A stretch of DNA of 56,729 nucleotides from Alphaproteobacteria bacterium (GTDB lineage: Bacteria > Pseudomonadota > Alphaproteobacteria > UBA9219 > RGZA01), in the NCBI GenBank assembly GCA_028278105.1, contig JANQEX010000091.1, positions 1 through 56,729 of the forward strand, written 5' to 3'. This document shows positions 46,876 to 56,629 of this stretch, piece by piece (positions within the stretch are counted from its first letter, which is position 1; each line of letters begins with the position of its first letter). The translations under genes and the position numbers were made by a program. Below the pieces are notes generated by a model. The model was given only the letters and a program-made list of their open reading frames with translations. It was not told the DNA's origin and did no database searches.

Positions 46876-49800
46876 ATGTTGAACGGCCGCTTATACGCCC
46901 AGGATTTTCTGCTTGATGGAATTACAAGGCTCCCCGAATGGGCCGCCATTAGCGATGGTGCGATTGCGGAGTTTCAAAACTCCCTGAAAGCGATTTATAA
47001 GCCGTTTCTGAAATCGGCCGGGCCCAAGGAAGGCGTAACCGAGCAGGATTGCATTTACAAAATAATCTCTTTGCTGAAATGGGAATACCTGACCCAGCAA
47101 GTAGCGGCTGAAAGGGCACGGGATGTTCCCGATGCCCTGCTGTTTGCATCAGCCGAAGAAAAGGGCAGGGCCGCAACTCTGCAAAAACAGCAAGACCGCT
47201 ATCGCCTTGGCCTCGCCATTCTGGAAAACAAGGCGCGGGACATGCCGCTTGACCGCGCCACCGGGCGGGAGGAAGCCCCCTCAACCCAAATTCTGCGTTA
47301 TTTAACGACGGCGGAAATTCAGTCCGACCGGAAAATCCGCTGGGGACTGTTAACGGATGGCTGTGTGTGGCGGCTTTATTTCGCCCATGCGCGTTCGCGT
47401 TCGGAAGACTTTCTTGAAATTGACCTGCCCGCCGTTCTGAAAATGCCGGGGCGCGAGAATCTGTTTGTTTCGGCGCAGCCTGCCACCCACTGGTTAAAGG
47501 TATTCCTTCTGTTTTTCAACCCCGGCGCATTTACGGCAAGCGGGCCGGAGGCAAGCTGCCTGCATGACCGCGCCCTGACCGAAGGCCGCTTGTGGGAAGC
47601 GCGTGTTGCCAAAACTCTTTCCGACCTTGTGTTCAACGACGTTTTCCCGCTGCTGGTGAACGGCCTTTATGAAAATGATGACAAACGCCCGGCGCGGCCT
47701 GACGACGCCTATCTGATGCAGGTGAAGCAGGCCGCTCTGGTTTTGCTCTATCGGCTGCTTTTCCTGCTTTACGCCGAAGACCGCGACCTGCTTCCGGCAT
47801 CCGACAACCGCTATGATGACTATGGCTTGCGCAAGCCCGTCCGGGACGAAATCGCCCGACGGGTTGATACCAACGACACATTTTCGGAAAAAAGCGCGAA
47901 GTTCTTCAATCACCTGAAAGAGCTTTTCGGCATTGTCGGTCAGGGCGATGCCAGCCTTGGCATTCCGCCCTACAATGGCGGCTTGTTTTCCGCAGAAGCG
48001 GCGCCTGTGCTGGAAAGAAGCAAATTGCCTGATAGCGTGATGGCCGTCGTTATCGACACGCTGGCGCGGCGCGAGGAAGGGGGGCGCAAGGTCTACATCA
48101 ATTACCGCGACCTTTCGGTTCAGCAGCTTGGCTCAATTTACGAAAGGCTGCTGGAGTACGATATAAAGCTGGATGAGGGGCATCCTGTCGTCGCGCCCAA
48201 CATTTTCGCCCGTAAGGGCAGCGGCAGCTATTACACGCCCGATGAACTGGTGCGGCTGATTATTGAACGCGCCATTGGGCCGCTTATTAACGAGAAGCTC
48301 GAAGCGTTTGAAGCCTTGCTAGGAAAAGCAACAGAAGCAAAAGGCAAAATCCGCAAGGCGGATCTGGAAAAACAAGACCCGGCCTCCGCCATTCTCGAAT
48401 TAAAAATCTGCGACCCGGCCATGGGCAGCGGGCATTTTCTTGTCTCCATGGTTGACTATCTGGCGGATAGGATTCTGGTGGCCATGTCATGGGCCGAAAA
48501 TACCGGCGCGGAACATGATTATGTTTCCCCTCTGGCGGCGCGGATAGAAGCCATCCGCGAGCATATTCTGGCCGCCGCCGAAAAGAACGGATGGGTTGTG
48601 AAGGAAACCCAGCTTGAAGACCGTATGCTGGTAAGGCGCATGATCCTCAAGCGCGTGACCCATGGCGTGGATAAAAATCCCATGGCGGTGGAACTGGCCA
48701 AGGTTGCCCTGTGGCTGCACACCTTCACGGTGGGTGCGCCGCTTTCTTTCCTTGACCATCATTTGCGCTGTGGCGACAGCCTGTTCGGATCATGGGTCAA
48801 CCCGGTGATGAGTGACCTTGCCAGCCGCGGCGGACTGCTTCTTCATACAGAGGTTACGAAGCTCCGCACGGCGGCGGCCGAAATGGGCATGGTGGAAAAC
48901 CTGACGGACGCCGATATTACGGAAGTGCGCCAGTCCGCCGGCACTTTTGCCGATATTTCCAAACGCACCGCGCCACTGGACAGGCTGCTTACGCTTTATC
49001 ACGCGCTGAAATGGGCCGTGGATGACGGCAGGCAAAAGCGCCTTGCCGTGAAGGGTTTTTTTGAGGGGACCAATGGCGACCCGCTGCCGGTGCTCATGGG
49101 CAGCGCCAAGCCTTCCGTTCCTAAAAAGCTGGACGGCCAATCCCGGTCTTCGGCGAGAATGGCCGCCGTCGCCGAGGCCGCAGGCCTGTTCCCTGACCTG
49201 CTGGCCCGCGCTGAAGCCATTGCCGAAGAGCAAAAATTCCTGAACTGGCAGGTGGCCTTTCCCAATGTATGGACGGATTGGGAAAGCGCCGAGCTGAAAG
49301 GCGGCTTTGATGCCGTTATCGGCAACCCGCCATGGGACAGAATAAAGCTGCAAGAGGTGGAATGGTTTGCCGCCCGCAAGCCCGAAATTGCCATGCAGCA
49401 ACGCGCCAGCGACCGCAAGAAAATGATCGCGGCTCTTGAAAGGGCCAAAGACCCGCTGGCAAGGGATTACGCCTACGCGGCGGGAATGGCCGAGGCCGCC
49501 TCCCGCGTGGCGCGGGCCAGGGAAGAAAAGGGCAGGGGTGATTATCCGCTTCTGTCGGGCGGCGATACAAACCTTTACAGCCTGTTTGTTGAACGCGCAT
49601 CCCGGCTGGTGAATGCAAGGGGCATTGTGGGGTTGCTGGTGCCGTCCGGCATTGCATCCGACCTTGGCGCGAGCGAGTTTTTTAGATCCGTCGCCACCAC
49701 GGGCCGCCTTGCCGCGCTGATAGATTTTGAAAACCGGCGGGGCAGGGGGAGTGATGATTTTTTTCCTGATGTGCATAGCTGTTTCAAATTCTGCATCTTC

Positions 49801-50997
49801 GCTTTCGGCGGCAGGGCGCGGAAATTCAATCACACCGATTGCGCTTTCTTTGTTCATGATCCCGAAGAACTGAATGACGCAGAGCGCAGGTTCACCCTGA
49901 CGGCGGATGATTTTTCCACCGTCAACCCCAATACCGGCACCGCGCCCATTTTCCGCCGCCGGCGCGATGCCGAACTCACCAAACGCATCTACGCCCGGCA
50001 CCCGGTTCTGGTGCGGCGTGAGGGGGATAAAGAAACAAGGCTTTACCCGGTTAAGTATTTCCGCATGTTTGACATGACCAATGACGCCGGCCTTTTCAAG
50101 AAACGCGAGGAATTGGAAAAGGAAGGCTTCTATCCGGTTGAAGGCAACCGGTTGAAAAAGGGAGAAGCGGAATATGTCCCGTTATACGTTGGAAAGATGA
50201 TCTGGCATTTCGATCATCGGGCATCTTCTGTAAGCGTTAGTCAAGAAGCCATACATGTTGCTGCCGGAAGCGACAATACCACCATCGAACAACACGAGGA
50301 TCAGAATTTCTATCCTGCCGCGCAATTCTGGGTGCCCACAAAAGAAATTAGGTGGAATTCAAAAACAAAATGGCTCCTTGGTTTCAGGGATATTACGAAC
50401 CCTACAAATGCAAGAACCGCTGTATCGGCAATCATTCCTTATTCTGGTGTTAATAACAAACTTCCATTGCTCTTGCCAGTTGATAAAACCATCTATGCAA
50501 AACTTGCGCCCATTCTTTTAGCAAATATAAACGCCTTTTGTTTTGATTATGTGGCACGGCAAAAAATCCAATCCACAAGCCTTAACTGGTATATTTTTGA
50601 ACAACTCCCCTTCATCAAACCTGAAACTTTCAAGACCAAGAAAATCGGCAAGGTAACGGCGGAAGAAATTATCCGCGATGAGGTGCGGACCCTTACCTAC
50701 ACGGCCAACGACATGGCCCCCTTTGCCAAGGATATGGGCTATGACGGCCCGCCCTTCAAATGGGATGAAGAAGACCGCCGCCACCGCATGGCGCGGCTGG
50801 ATGCGCTGTTTTTCATCCTTTACGGCCTGAACCGTGACGAGGCCGATTATGTTCTCTCCACATTCCCCATCGTGAAAAAGCACGATGAAGAGGAATTTGG
50901 CCGTTACCTGACCCGCGACCTGATCCTCGGCTACATGGCTGCCTTCGAGGCCGGGGATAGTGAAAGCCGTGTTTCACTAGGTTCAATGGACAATTAA
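46876..50997 (+). CDS. Fused restriction endonuclease-methyltransferase (type IIG/Eco57I-like)
   Basis: N-terminal PDALLF...ENK nuclease, GLLTDG..WRLY, GSYYTP, CDPAMGSGHFL (motif I), GNPPW (motif IV), C-terminal recognition region. Confidence 0.88.
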   Translation: MLNGRLYAQDFLLDGITRLPEWAAISDGAIAEFQNSLKAIYKPFLKSAGPKEGVTEQDCIYKIISLLKWEYLTQQVAAERARDVPDALLFASAEEKGRAATLQKQQDRYRLGLAILENKARDMPLDRATGREEAPSTQILRYLTTAEIQSDRKIRWGLLTDGCVWRLYFAHARSRSEDFLEIDLPAVLKMPGRENLFVSAQPATHWLKVFLLFFNPGAFTASGPEASCLHDRALTEGRLWEARVAKTLSDLVFNDVFPLLVNGLYENDDKRPARPDDAYLMQVKQAALVLLYRLLFLLYAEDRDLLPASDNRYDDYGLRKPVRDEIARRVDTNDTFSEKSAKFFNHLKELFGIVGQGDASLGIPPYNGGLFSAEAAPVLERSKLPDSVMAVVIDTLARREEGGRKVYINYRDLSVQQLGSIYERLLEYDIKLDEGHPVVAPNIFARKGSGSYYTPDELVRLIIERAIGPLINEKLEAFEALLGKATEAKGKIRKADLEKQDPASAILELKICDPAMGSGHFLVSMVDYLADRILVAMSWAENTGAEHDYVSPLAARIEAIREHILAAAEKNGWVVKETQLEDRMLVRRMILKRVTHGVDKNPMAVELAKVALWLHTFTVGAPLSFLDHHLRCGDSLFGSWVNPVMSDLASRGGLLLHTEVTKLRTAAAEMGMVENLTDADITEVRQSAGTFADISKRTAPLDRLLTLYHALKWAVDDGRQKRLAVKGFFEGTNGDPLPVLMGSAKPSVPKKLDGQSRSSARMAAVAEAAGLFPDLLARAEAIAEEQKFLNWQVAFPNVWTDWESAELKGGFDAVIGNPPWDRIKLQEVEWFAARKPEIAMQQRASDRKKMIAALERAKDPLARDYAYAAGMAEAASRVARAREEKGRGDYPLLSGGDTNLYSLFVERASRLVNARGIVGLLVPSGIASDLGASEFFRSVATTGRLAALIDFENRRGRGSDDFFPDVHSCFKFCIFAFGGRARKFNHTDCAFFVHDPEELNDAERRFTLTADDFSTVNPNTGTAPIFRRRRDAELTKRIYARHPVLVRREGDKETRLYPVKYFRMFDMTNDAGLFKKREELEKEGFYPVEGNRLKKGEAEYVPLYVGKMIWHFDHRASSVSVSQEAIHVAAGSDNTTIEQHEDQNFYPAAQFWVPTKEIRWNSKTKWLLGFRDITNPTNARTAVSAIIPYSGVNNKLPLLLPVDKTIYAKLAPILLANINAFCFDYVARQKIQSTSLNWYIFEQLPFIKPETFKTKKIGKVTAEEIIRDEVRTLTYTANDMAPFAKDMGYDGPPFKWDEEDRRHRMARLDALFFILYGLNRDEADYVLSTFPIVKKHDEEEFGRYLTRDLILGYMAAFEAGDSESRVSLGSMDN

Positions 50998-51133
50998 ACT
51001 CAAGTCATTGAAAAGACGAGATGAACATTCCGGGCAAGGTTGCGCGGCAACCGCGACCCGGAATCCAGTTTGTTCCTGAAAACAAATGGGATTCCCGCTT
51101 TTCCTCCTCCGCAAGCTTCGGCGCGACGGGTAC

Positions 51134-51137
<4 letters not shown>
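50977..51137. mobile_element. Left part of a family-1 MITE, truncated at tRNA-Phe copy 2
   Basis: Begins CTAGGTTCAATGGACAATTA; internal hairpins match 53866-53946; nested insert breaks off at GACGGGTACGCC. Confidence 0.75.
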
Positions 51138-51209
<72 letters not shown>

Positions 51210-51357
51210 TATTTGATGTCACGACTGGACCCCGTGTCGCGCTCGCAAGGCTCGCTTGCACGGGGCGCAGGTTTTTCTAAACTCGCTGCGCTCGTTAAGA
51301 AAAGCCCTGCGATTCTGCCCCTTCCTGAATTACAGGCAAGCCGCTTAAATTGCATCC

Positions 51358-52347
51358 TTAATCCGTTGCCAGCTTTTTTCTTACCTCTTCGAGAGACAGT
51401 CTTTTTTCCTGCAACGCGCGGATATGTTTGGCGCGGGCGAGCATGGTCTTGTCGAAAAGCTGGTAGCCCGCCCTGGTGCGCCGTGCCACGTCAATCAAGC
51501 CCTCCTTCACCCAGAAGCGGATGGTGGGGACGCTTTCCCCCGCCTGTTTGGCAAGTTCCCCAATTTTGAGCAGCTTGCCTTGCCGCGCATCCAGCCGCAC
51601 GGGCGCTTCCTCTTCATGCAGGGCTTTCAGATAAAGATCAAGGGAGCGTTCCACCGCCTTGCCGATCAATTCCTCGAAGTCATCAAGGGCGCCGCCTGTT
51701 TGGGCCTGTTCAAGGCTATTGATATAGAATGCGCGGTCCTGGGTGCGGATGATGGCGGGTGGATAGCCCGACTGAATCAGGACGAGGTTCATCAGCAGCC
51801 GCGCCGTGCGGCCATTGCCATCGCTGAAAGGATGGATGGTGACAAGCCGGTAATGCGCCTGGGCGGCAAGTTCCGCCGGGTGCAGCTTGGGTTTTCCTGC
51901 CAGCCAGCCGGCAAACGCCTGCATCAACGCCGGAACCTTGGCCGCATTGGGCATAAGGGCGCTGGAACCGGCAATACGCACCGGCACGCGGCGGTAATGT
52001 CCGGCGTTTTCATCGTCAATGCCTTTCAAAACCATGCCGTGGACTTTGAGAATGACACTTCCATCAATGTCATGGGGTTTCTTTTTGACCAGCGTTTTAA
52101 TCCAGTCATAAGCCGCCGCATGGTTGGATGCTTCCAGATGGTCCTTAAGCGGCTTGCCCGCGATGGTCAGGCCCTTTTCAAGAACGATGGCCGTTTCCGC
52201 CCGCGTGAGGGTATTCCCCTCAATGGCATTGCTGGTATAAGTCAACTCGACGCGTAGCCACGCGTCCAGATTGGCAAGGACAGCCAGAGGCAGGGGCCGG
52301 GCTTGTTGCAGTTCCTTGAATTTGCGGGCTAACCGGGCCGTATTCAT
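51358..52347 (-). CDS. Fic domain protein fused to a C-terminal MerR-type HTH
   Basis: Canonical HPFSDGNGRTAR, N-terminal SNAIEGN inhibitory motif, C-terminal LKIGELAK.AGESVPTIRFWVKEGLI...GYQLF; start 52347 or 52353. Confidence 0.9.
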   Translation of the reverse strand: MNTARLARKFKELQQARPLPLAVLANLDAWLRVELTYTSNAIEGNTLTRAETAIVLEKGLTIAGKPLKDHLEASNHAAAYDWIKTLVKKKPHDIDGSVILKVHGMVLKGIDDENAGHYRRVPVRIAGSSALMPNAAKVPALMQAFAGWLAGKPKLHPAELAAQAHYRLVTIHPFSDGNGRTARLLMNLVLIQSGYPPAIIRTQDRAFYINSLEQAQTGGALDDFEELIGKAVERSLDLYLKALHEEEAPVRLDARQGKLLKIGELAKQAGESVPTIRFWVKEGLIDVARRTRAGYQLFDKTMLARAKHIRALQEKRLSLEEVRKKLATD

Positions 52348-52383
52348 AACCATAAAGTATCACTTTATGGTTTATAGTTCAAT
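52348..52383 (-). promoter_or_regulatory. Promoter with overlapping dyad operator for the Fic-MerR gene
   Basis: Minus strand TTGAAC-17 bp-TACTTT-6 bp-ATG; perfect 11-bp inverted repeat AACCATAAAGT-atc-ACTTTATGGTT at 52348-52372. Confidence 0.65.
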
Positions 52384-52681
52384 AACGGCTTTGGCGCCAT
52401 TCCTGCGCAATTGCGCCGGGAAAATGCGGATTTTTAGGACAAAGAAAAACCCCGGCATCTGATCACTGTCTTGCGACAGGGGAAGAAAGCCGGGGCATCC
52501 GCAGTGAGTATATTTTGTATTCGTTAAAGGAGCAACAAGATTTTTAGTTTCCACAACAAGCGGCGCATATATAATTGATCCTCATGGAAGGATTACGTTC
52601 GTTTTTCTCGCCCAGCCGTCCGGGTAAATACATGCTTTCAGGAGAAAGTTTCGAACAGGCCTTTGCGCGCTACGTATTATC

Positions 52682-53824
52682 ATGATCGTCATGCTGACCT
52701 GCCAGTACACCGAAATCCTGGGCGGCGCGGAAAAGCAATGCGCCACGCTGACGCAGGCGCTGCGCAAGGCGGGCGAGGATGTTTTTGTGATTACCAGCAG
52801 GGTGGGAAGGCAAACATTTCCCGATGACCCGCCTTTCGTCAAAAGGTTCTGGACCTATGCGCCGCCCAATCTGGCGGGACGTTATTTGCCGGCCTCGTTC
52901 ATCTGGGCCGTGCAGGTGCTGGGCTGGATTGCGCGGAACCGGTGCAGGATCAGTGTGCTTCACTGCCACCAGATGCGCATTCATGCCTATGTGGCCGCGC
53001 TGGCGCATGCGCTGTTCGGCATTCCCACGGTGATGAAACCGGGAGTGGGCGGCGCGCGCAATGATTTTGTGGTTATCGGCCAGCGAAAATATCTTTTTGG
53101 AAAGGCGGGGGCGCGTTTTGTCGCGCGGCATACCAGCGCCGTGATCGCCACTTCGTCGCAAATCGCGGAGGACGCGCTTGCCCATGGCATTCCGGCGGAG
53201 CGGATTCACCGCATCCCGAACGGCGTGGACCTTTCGCAAATAAAAGGCGCGGGCAATGCGGCAAGGCTGGAAGATTATGATACGGCCGCGCAGTTCGCCT
53301 TTGTGGGGCGGCTGTCGGCCGAAAAAAACATCTTGCAGATCGTGGATGCTTTTTTGTCCCTGAAGCACGGCAAGAAAATCGTGCTGAACATCATTGGCGA
53401 CGGACCGCTGAAAGACACAATCACCGAAAAATGCCGCCGGACGCCGGCCCATGTTTCCATAATGCTGCACGGTGAGCGGAAAGATATCTTCGCCCTTCTG
53501 GAAAAAATGCACTTTCTGGTGCTGGTCTCGGTTTGGGAAGGCCTGTCGAACGCGCTGCTGGAAGCCGCCTCCGCCGGTCTTGTTCCCGTGCTTTCCGATG
53601 TCAGCGGCAACAGGGACGTCGTGGATTTTCCCGGCTATCCGCTCTTTGTGGAACAGTCCGATGCGTCCGGCATCGCTCATGCGCTGGAAGCCGCAAGACG
53701 CATGGAAAAACCCGTCTGGCAGGAATGGTCGGCGCGTCTTGCCGCCAGCACCCGCGCCCGGTACGGCATTGCGGCGGTGGCCGCGCAATATCCGCCGCTC
53801 TACAAGAGACTGGCCGGAAGGTAA
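52682..53824 (+). CDS. Glycosyltransferase family 4
   Basis: GGAEKQ, IPNGVD, FVGRLSAEKN, WEGLSNALLEA (EX7E). Confidence 0.93.
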   Translation: MIVMLTCQYTEILGGAEKQCATLTQALRKAGEDVFVITSRVGRQTFPDDPPFVKRFWTYAPPNLAGRYLPASFIWAVQVLGWIARNRCRISVLHCHQMRIHAYVAALAHALFGIPTVMKPGVGGARNDFVVIGQRKYLFGKAGARFVARHTSAVIATSSQIAEDALAHGIPAERIHRIPNGVDLSQIKGAGNAARLEDYDTAAQFAFVGRLSAEKNILQIVDAFLSLKHGKKIVLNIIGDGPLKDTITEKCRRTPAHVSIMLHGERKDIFALLEKMHFLVLVSVWEGLSNALLEAASAGLVPVLSDVSGNRDVVDFPGYPLFVEQSDASGIAHALEAARRMEKPVWQEWSARLAASTRARYGIAAVAAQYPPLYKRLAGR

Positions 53825-53987
53825 TGAGTCCATCGATAATCAGGCTCAAGCTGTTGAACTTGTTCAGTGGACATTCCGGGCAAGGCTGCGAAGCAGCCGC
53901 GATCCGGAATCCCACTTGTTTTTGAAATAAAATGGGATTCCCGCTTACGCGGAAATGTTCGTATTGATAATTGTCGATTGGCCCTGG
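53823..53987. mobile_element. Complete but degenerate family-1 MITE with REP doublet
   Basis: Left end resembles 50977-51030, right end AATGTTCGTATTGATAATTGTCGATTGGCCCTGG resembles 2187-2220. Confidence 0.65.
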
Positions 53988-53997
53988 CTGCTTTCTT

Positions 53998-55491
53998 ATG
54001 ACCAAAACATCCCTTACCGGCACAAAAGCCGTTTTTGCGGGCATGGCGTGGCTGACGGGTGGACGCCTCGCCGCGATAAGCCTCAGCTTTGTTTCAATCG
54101 CCATTCTGGCGCGCCTGCTGTCGCCCGCCGATTTCGGCGCCATGGCCGCCGCCATGCTGGTGATCGAGCTTGCCGGCGTGATCTTCGAGGGCACGCTGGC
54201 CGCGAACATTGTCCAGAAAAAGATTGTCAGCCGCCGTTATATCGCCAACGCCTTCTGGCTTGCCGCCGGGATGGGCGTCTTGCTGATGCTGCTGGCGATG
54301 CTTTTGGCGCCGCTGATCCAGCGTTTTTTTGGCTTTCCCTCGCTTGCCGCCATGATCACGGTGGCCTCGCTTTCCCTGCTGCCGAGGGGATGCGCAAGCA
54401 TCTCGGCGGCGCTGCTGCGCCGGCGCGGCGCGTTCAGCACCGTGGCCCGGACCAGCCTGCTTTGCAATCTGCTGGCCTATGCCGTCATCGCCAACGGCCT
54501 GGCCTTTGCCGGATTTGGCGTGTGGTCGCTTGTGATGGGCGCGCTGTGCGGCACGGCCTTCGAGAGCCTGGCGAATATTTGGCTGGCGCGAATCCCGCTG
54601 AAGCAGAAATTCTCGTTCCGGCTTGCCCGGATGATTTTCACAAGCGGCGGCTATTTCTTTCTGATGCAGCTTTGCAACTGGGCCGCACGGACCGGCGCGA
54701 ACATGGTGATCGGCCACCGTCTGGGCGCCGGGCCGCTTGGCATTTACTCGCGCGGCTGGCGGCTGATGGACCTCATCACCTCGGCCACCGCCGCGCCGAT
54801 GCAAAACGTGCTGTTTCCAAAATTCTCGCGCATGCAGGATGACGCGCCCCGTGCGCGCGCGGCCTTTTCAAAGGCGCTGGCCGTCGCGGTTCCCTTTTTC
54901 GCGGTGCTTTCGGCCTATGTCTGCATCCATGCCAAGGCCATCGTGCTGATCGTGCTTGGCCAAAAGTGGCTGGAGACCGCGGATGTGGTGCAGGTGCTGT
55001 TTCTCGCGCTCATGCCGCGCTGCTGCTACAAGATTGCCGAGAGCGTATCGCTGGGCTTCGGCCATGCACGGCAGGCCGCCGCGCGACAGGCGGTCTTTGC
55101 CGTAATGATGATCGGCGGCGCCATGCTGGGGGTAGGGGGAGGGCCTGCCCAGGTCGCCCTGTATATTTCGATTGCCGTGGCTATTTACTACTTCATGACC
55201 ATCGTGGCGGCGGCGCGCGCCGTTAACCTGTCTTTTGGCAAGGTCGCGGCCATCCATTTGCGGGCGCTGGCGGCATTCATCATTGCCGGCGCGCTGGATT
55301 ACGCGGTGATGGCGCTGTTTCCCGGAGAATGGTTCTGGATTTCGCAATCTGCCGGGGGAATTGTGTCGCTGCTTCTGTCCACCACCCTGTTTGCCGTGAT
55401 CCCGGCACGGTGGATCGGCGATGATATGGCTCCCCTGCGGGAAAAGCTTTTTTCATATTGCCGGAATTTCATGCGCTCCAAAAGCGCATGA
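53998..55491 (+). CDS. Polysaccharide flippase (Wzx/WzxC-like)
   Basis: ILARLLSPADFG, LG...LGIYSRG, VLFPKFSRMQDD, IVLGQKW; many TM helices. Confidence 0.9.
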   Translation: MTKTSLTGTKAVFAGMAWLTGGRLAAISLSFVSIAILARLLSPADFGAMAAAMLVIELAGVIFEGTLAANIVQKKIVSRRYIANAFWLAAGMGVLLMLLAMLLAPLIQRFFGFPSLAAMITVASLSLLPRGCASISAALLRRRGAFSTVARTSLLCNLLAYAVIANGLAFAGFGVWSLVMGALCGTAFESLANIWLARIPLKQKFSFRLARMIFTSGGYFFLMQLCNWAARTGANMVIGHRLGAGPLGIYSRGWRLMDLITSATAAPMQNVLFPKFSRMQDDAPRARAAFSKALAVAVPFFAVLSAYVCIHAKAIVLIVLGQKWLETADVVQVLFLALMPRCCYKIAESVSLGFGHARQAAARQAVFAVMMIGGAMLGVGGGPAQVALYISIAVAIYYFMTIVAAARAVNLSFGKVAAIHLRALAAFIIAGALDYAVMALFPGEWFWISQSAGGIVSLLLSTTLFAVIPARWIGDDMAPLREKLFSYCRNFMRSKSA

Positions 55492-55633
55492 GCAACATTC
55501 GCTCTTAAAATAAAATGTTTTTTTGACCCCGTCCCCCGCCATGGCCTATTGACATTGACAGGGCGGAGCCATGCCCGCACCTGTTCGCGCCGCGGGCCGA
55601 CGCCGGAAATCTACCAACATCTTGGGAGAACAC

Positions 55634-56569
55634 ATGAGCAGCCTTCTGCTATTGCTCAAGGACGACAGTCCCGCGCTGGATTTATCCTTCACCGGCGGCT
55701 CCTTGCCCGCCGGATGCAGCTTCGCGCGCGCGAGCGACGGGACCTATTATAATTCCAGCGGGATTCTTACGACGGCCTCAACCGGCGCCCCGCGCTTCGA
55801 CCACGACCCCGTCACGCGCGCCCCGCGCGGCATCCTGATCGAGCCGCAACGGGAGAACTCCTATACGAAATCGAATACGTTTTCGGTCCCTTCATATTTT
55901 TATAACAACAATACCCAAACACTTGACGCCGCGACCGGAATCGAAGGAACGCAAAACGCCCGTCTGTGGGCGGCGAAATCAATATACGGCGCTCACGGCG
56001 GTGAAGAAGACTGGCCGCGAATAAGTGTCACGACCGGCGTGGTTTATACCACTTCGCTGCACCTGAAAGCCGCCGGATACCGCTACGCCAAGGTTGCTCT
56101 TGGCGGAACGCCATTTAGTTATGGAGAGATCATTGTTGATTTGCAAAATGGGGCGGTGCTTTCTTCCGGAGGCTCCCTGCTCGATTATTCGGTGCTTCCC
56201 GCCGGAAACGGTTTCTACCGCGCCACTCTCACGAAAGCCGCCACGGCGACAACGACCGCGCGGGCGTGGAGTGTGGGCTATGGCCCAAATTCCAACATGA
56301 GCAACTACACGGGCGATGACGCAAGCGGAGTTTATCTGACCCAGGTCCAGATTGAGGAAGGATCCATGCCGACTTCCCTGATTGAGACGACCGGGTCCGC
56401 CGTCACGCGCGCGGCCGACCAGCTTTCCCTCACCATTCCTTCGGGCGTTAACAAGCTCCGCTACACCTTCGACGACAACAGCACGCAGGACGTGAGTGTT
56501 TCGCCCGGAGCCTACACCGTGCCGACCGGCCTTGACCGGGCGTGGGTGAAGAGAATAGAGGGAGTTTAG
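55634..56569 (+). CDS. Protein resembling phage spike/fibre carbohydrate-binding proteins
   Basis: GGAG RBS; F.RAS..TY...G.L......PRFDHDP....RGILIE...N and Q.EEG..PTS.I.T.G.AVTRAAD motifs. Confidence 0.55.
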   Translation: MSSLLLLLKDDSPALDLSFTGGSLPAGCSFARASDGTYYNSSGILTTASTGAPRFDHDPVTRAPRGILIEPQRENSYTKSNTFSVPSYFYNNNTQTLDAATGIEGTQNARLWAAKSIYGAHGGEEDWPRISVTTGVVYTTSLHLKAAGYRYAKVALGGTPFSYGEIIVDLQNGAVLSSGGSLLDYSVLPAGNGFYRATLTKAATATTTARAWSVGYGPNSNMSNYTGDDASGVYLTQVQIEEGSMPTSLIETTGSAVTRAADQLSLTIPSGVNKLRYTFDDNSTQDVSVSPGAYTVPTGLDRAWVKRIEGV

Positions 56570-56629
56570 CGCGGCGGAGGTGGGCAAGCGGGAGCGGGCA
56601 TGACGTGATTTTTACGGCCAGCATCTGCT

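Noticed and set aside
46876-50997. Large methyltransferase as part of BREX or DISARM
   Set aside because: No helicase, PglZ, BrxC or phospholipase D genes nearby, and it has its own N-terminal nuclease motif.
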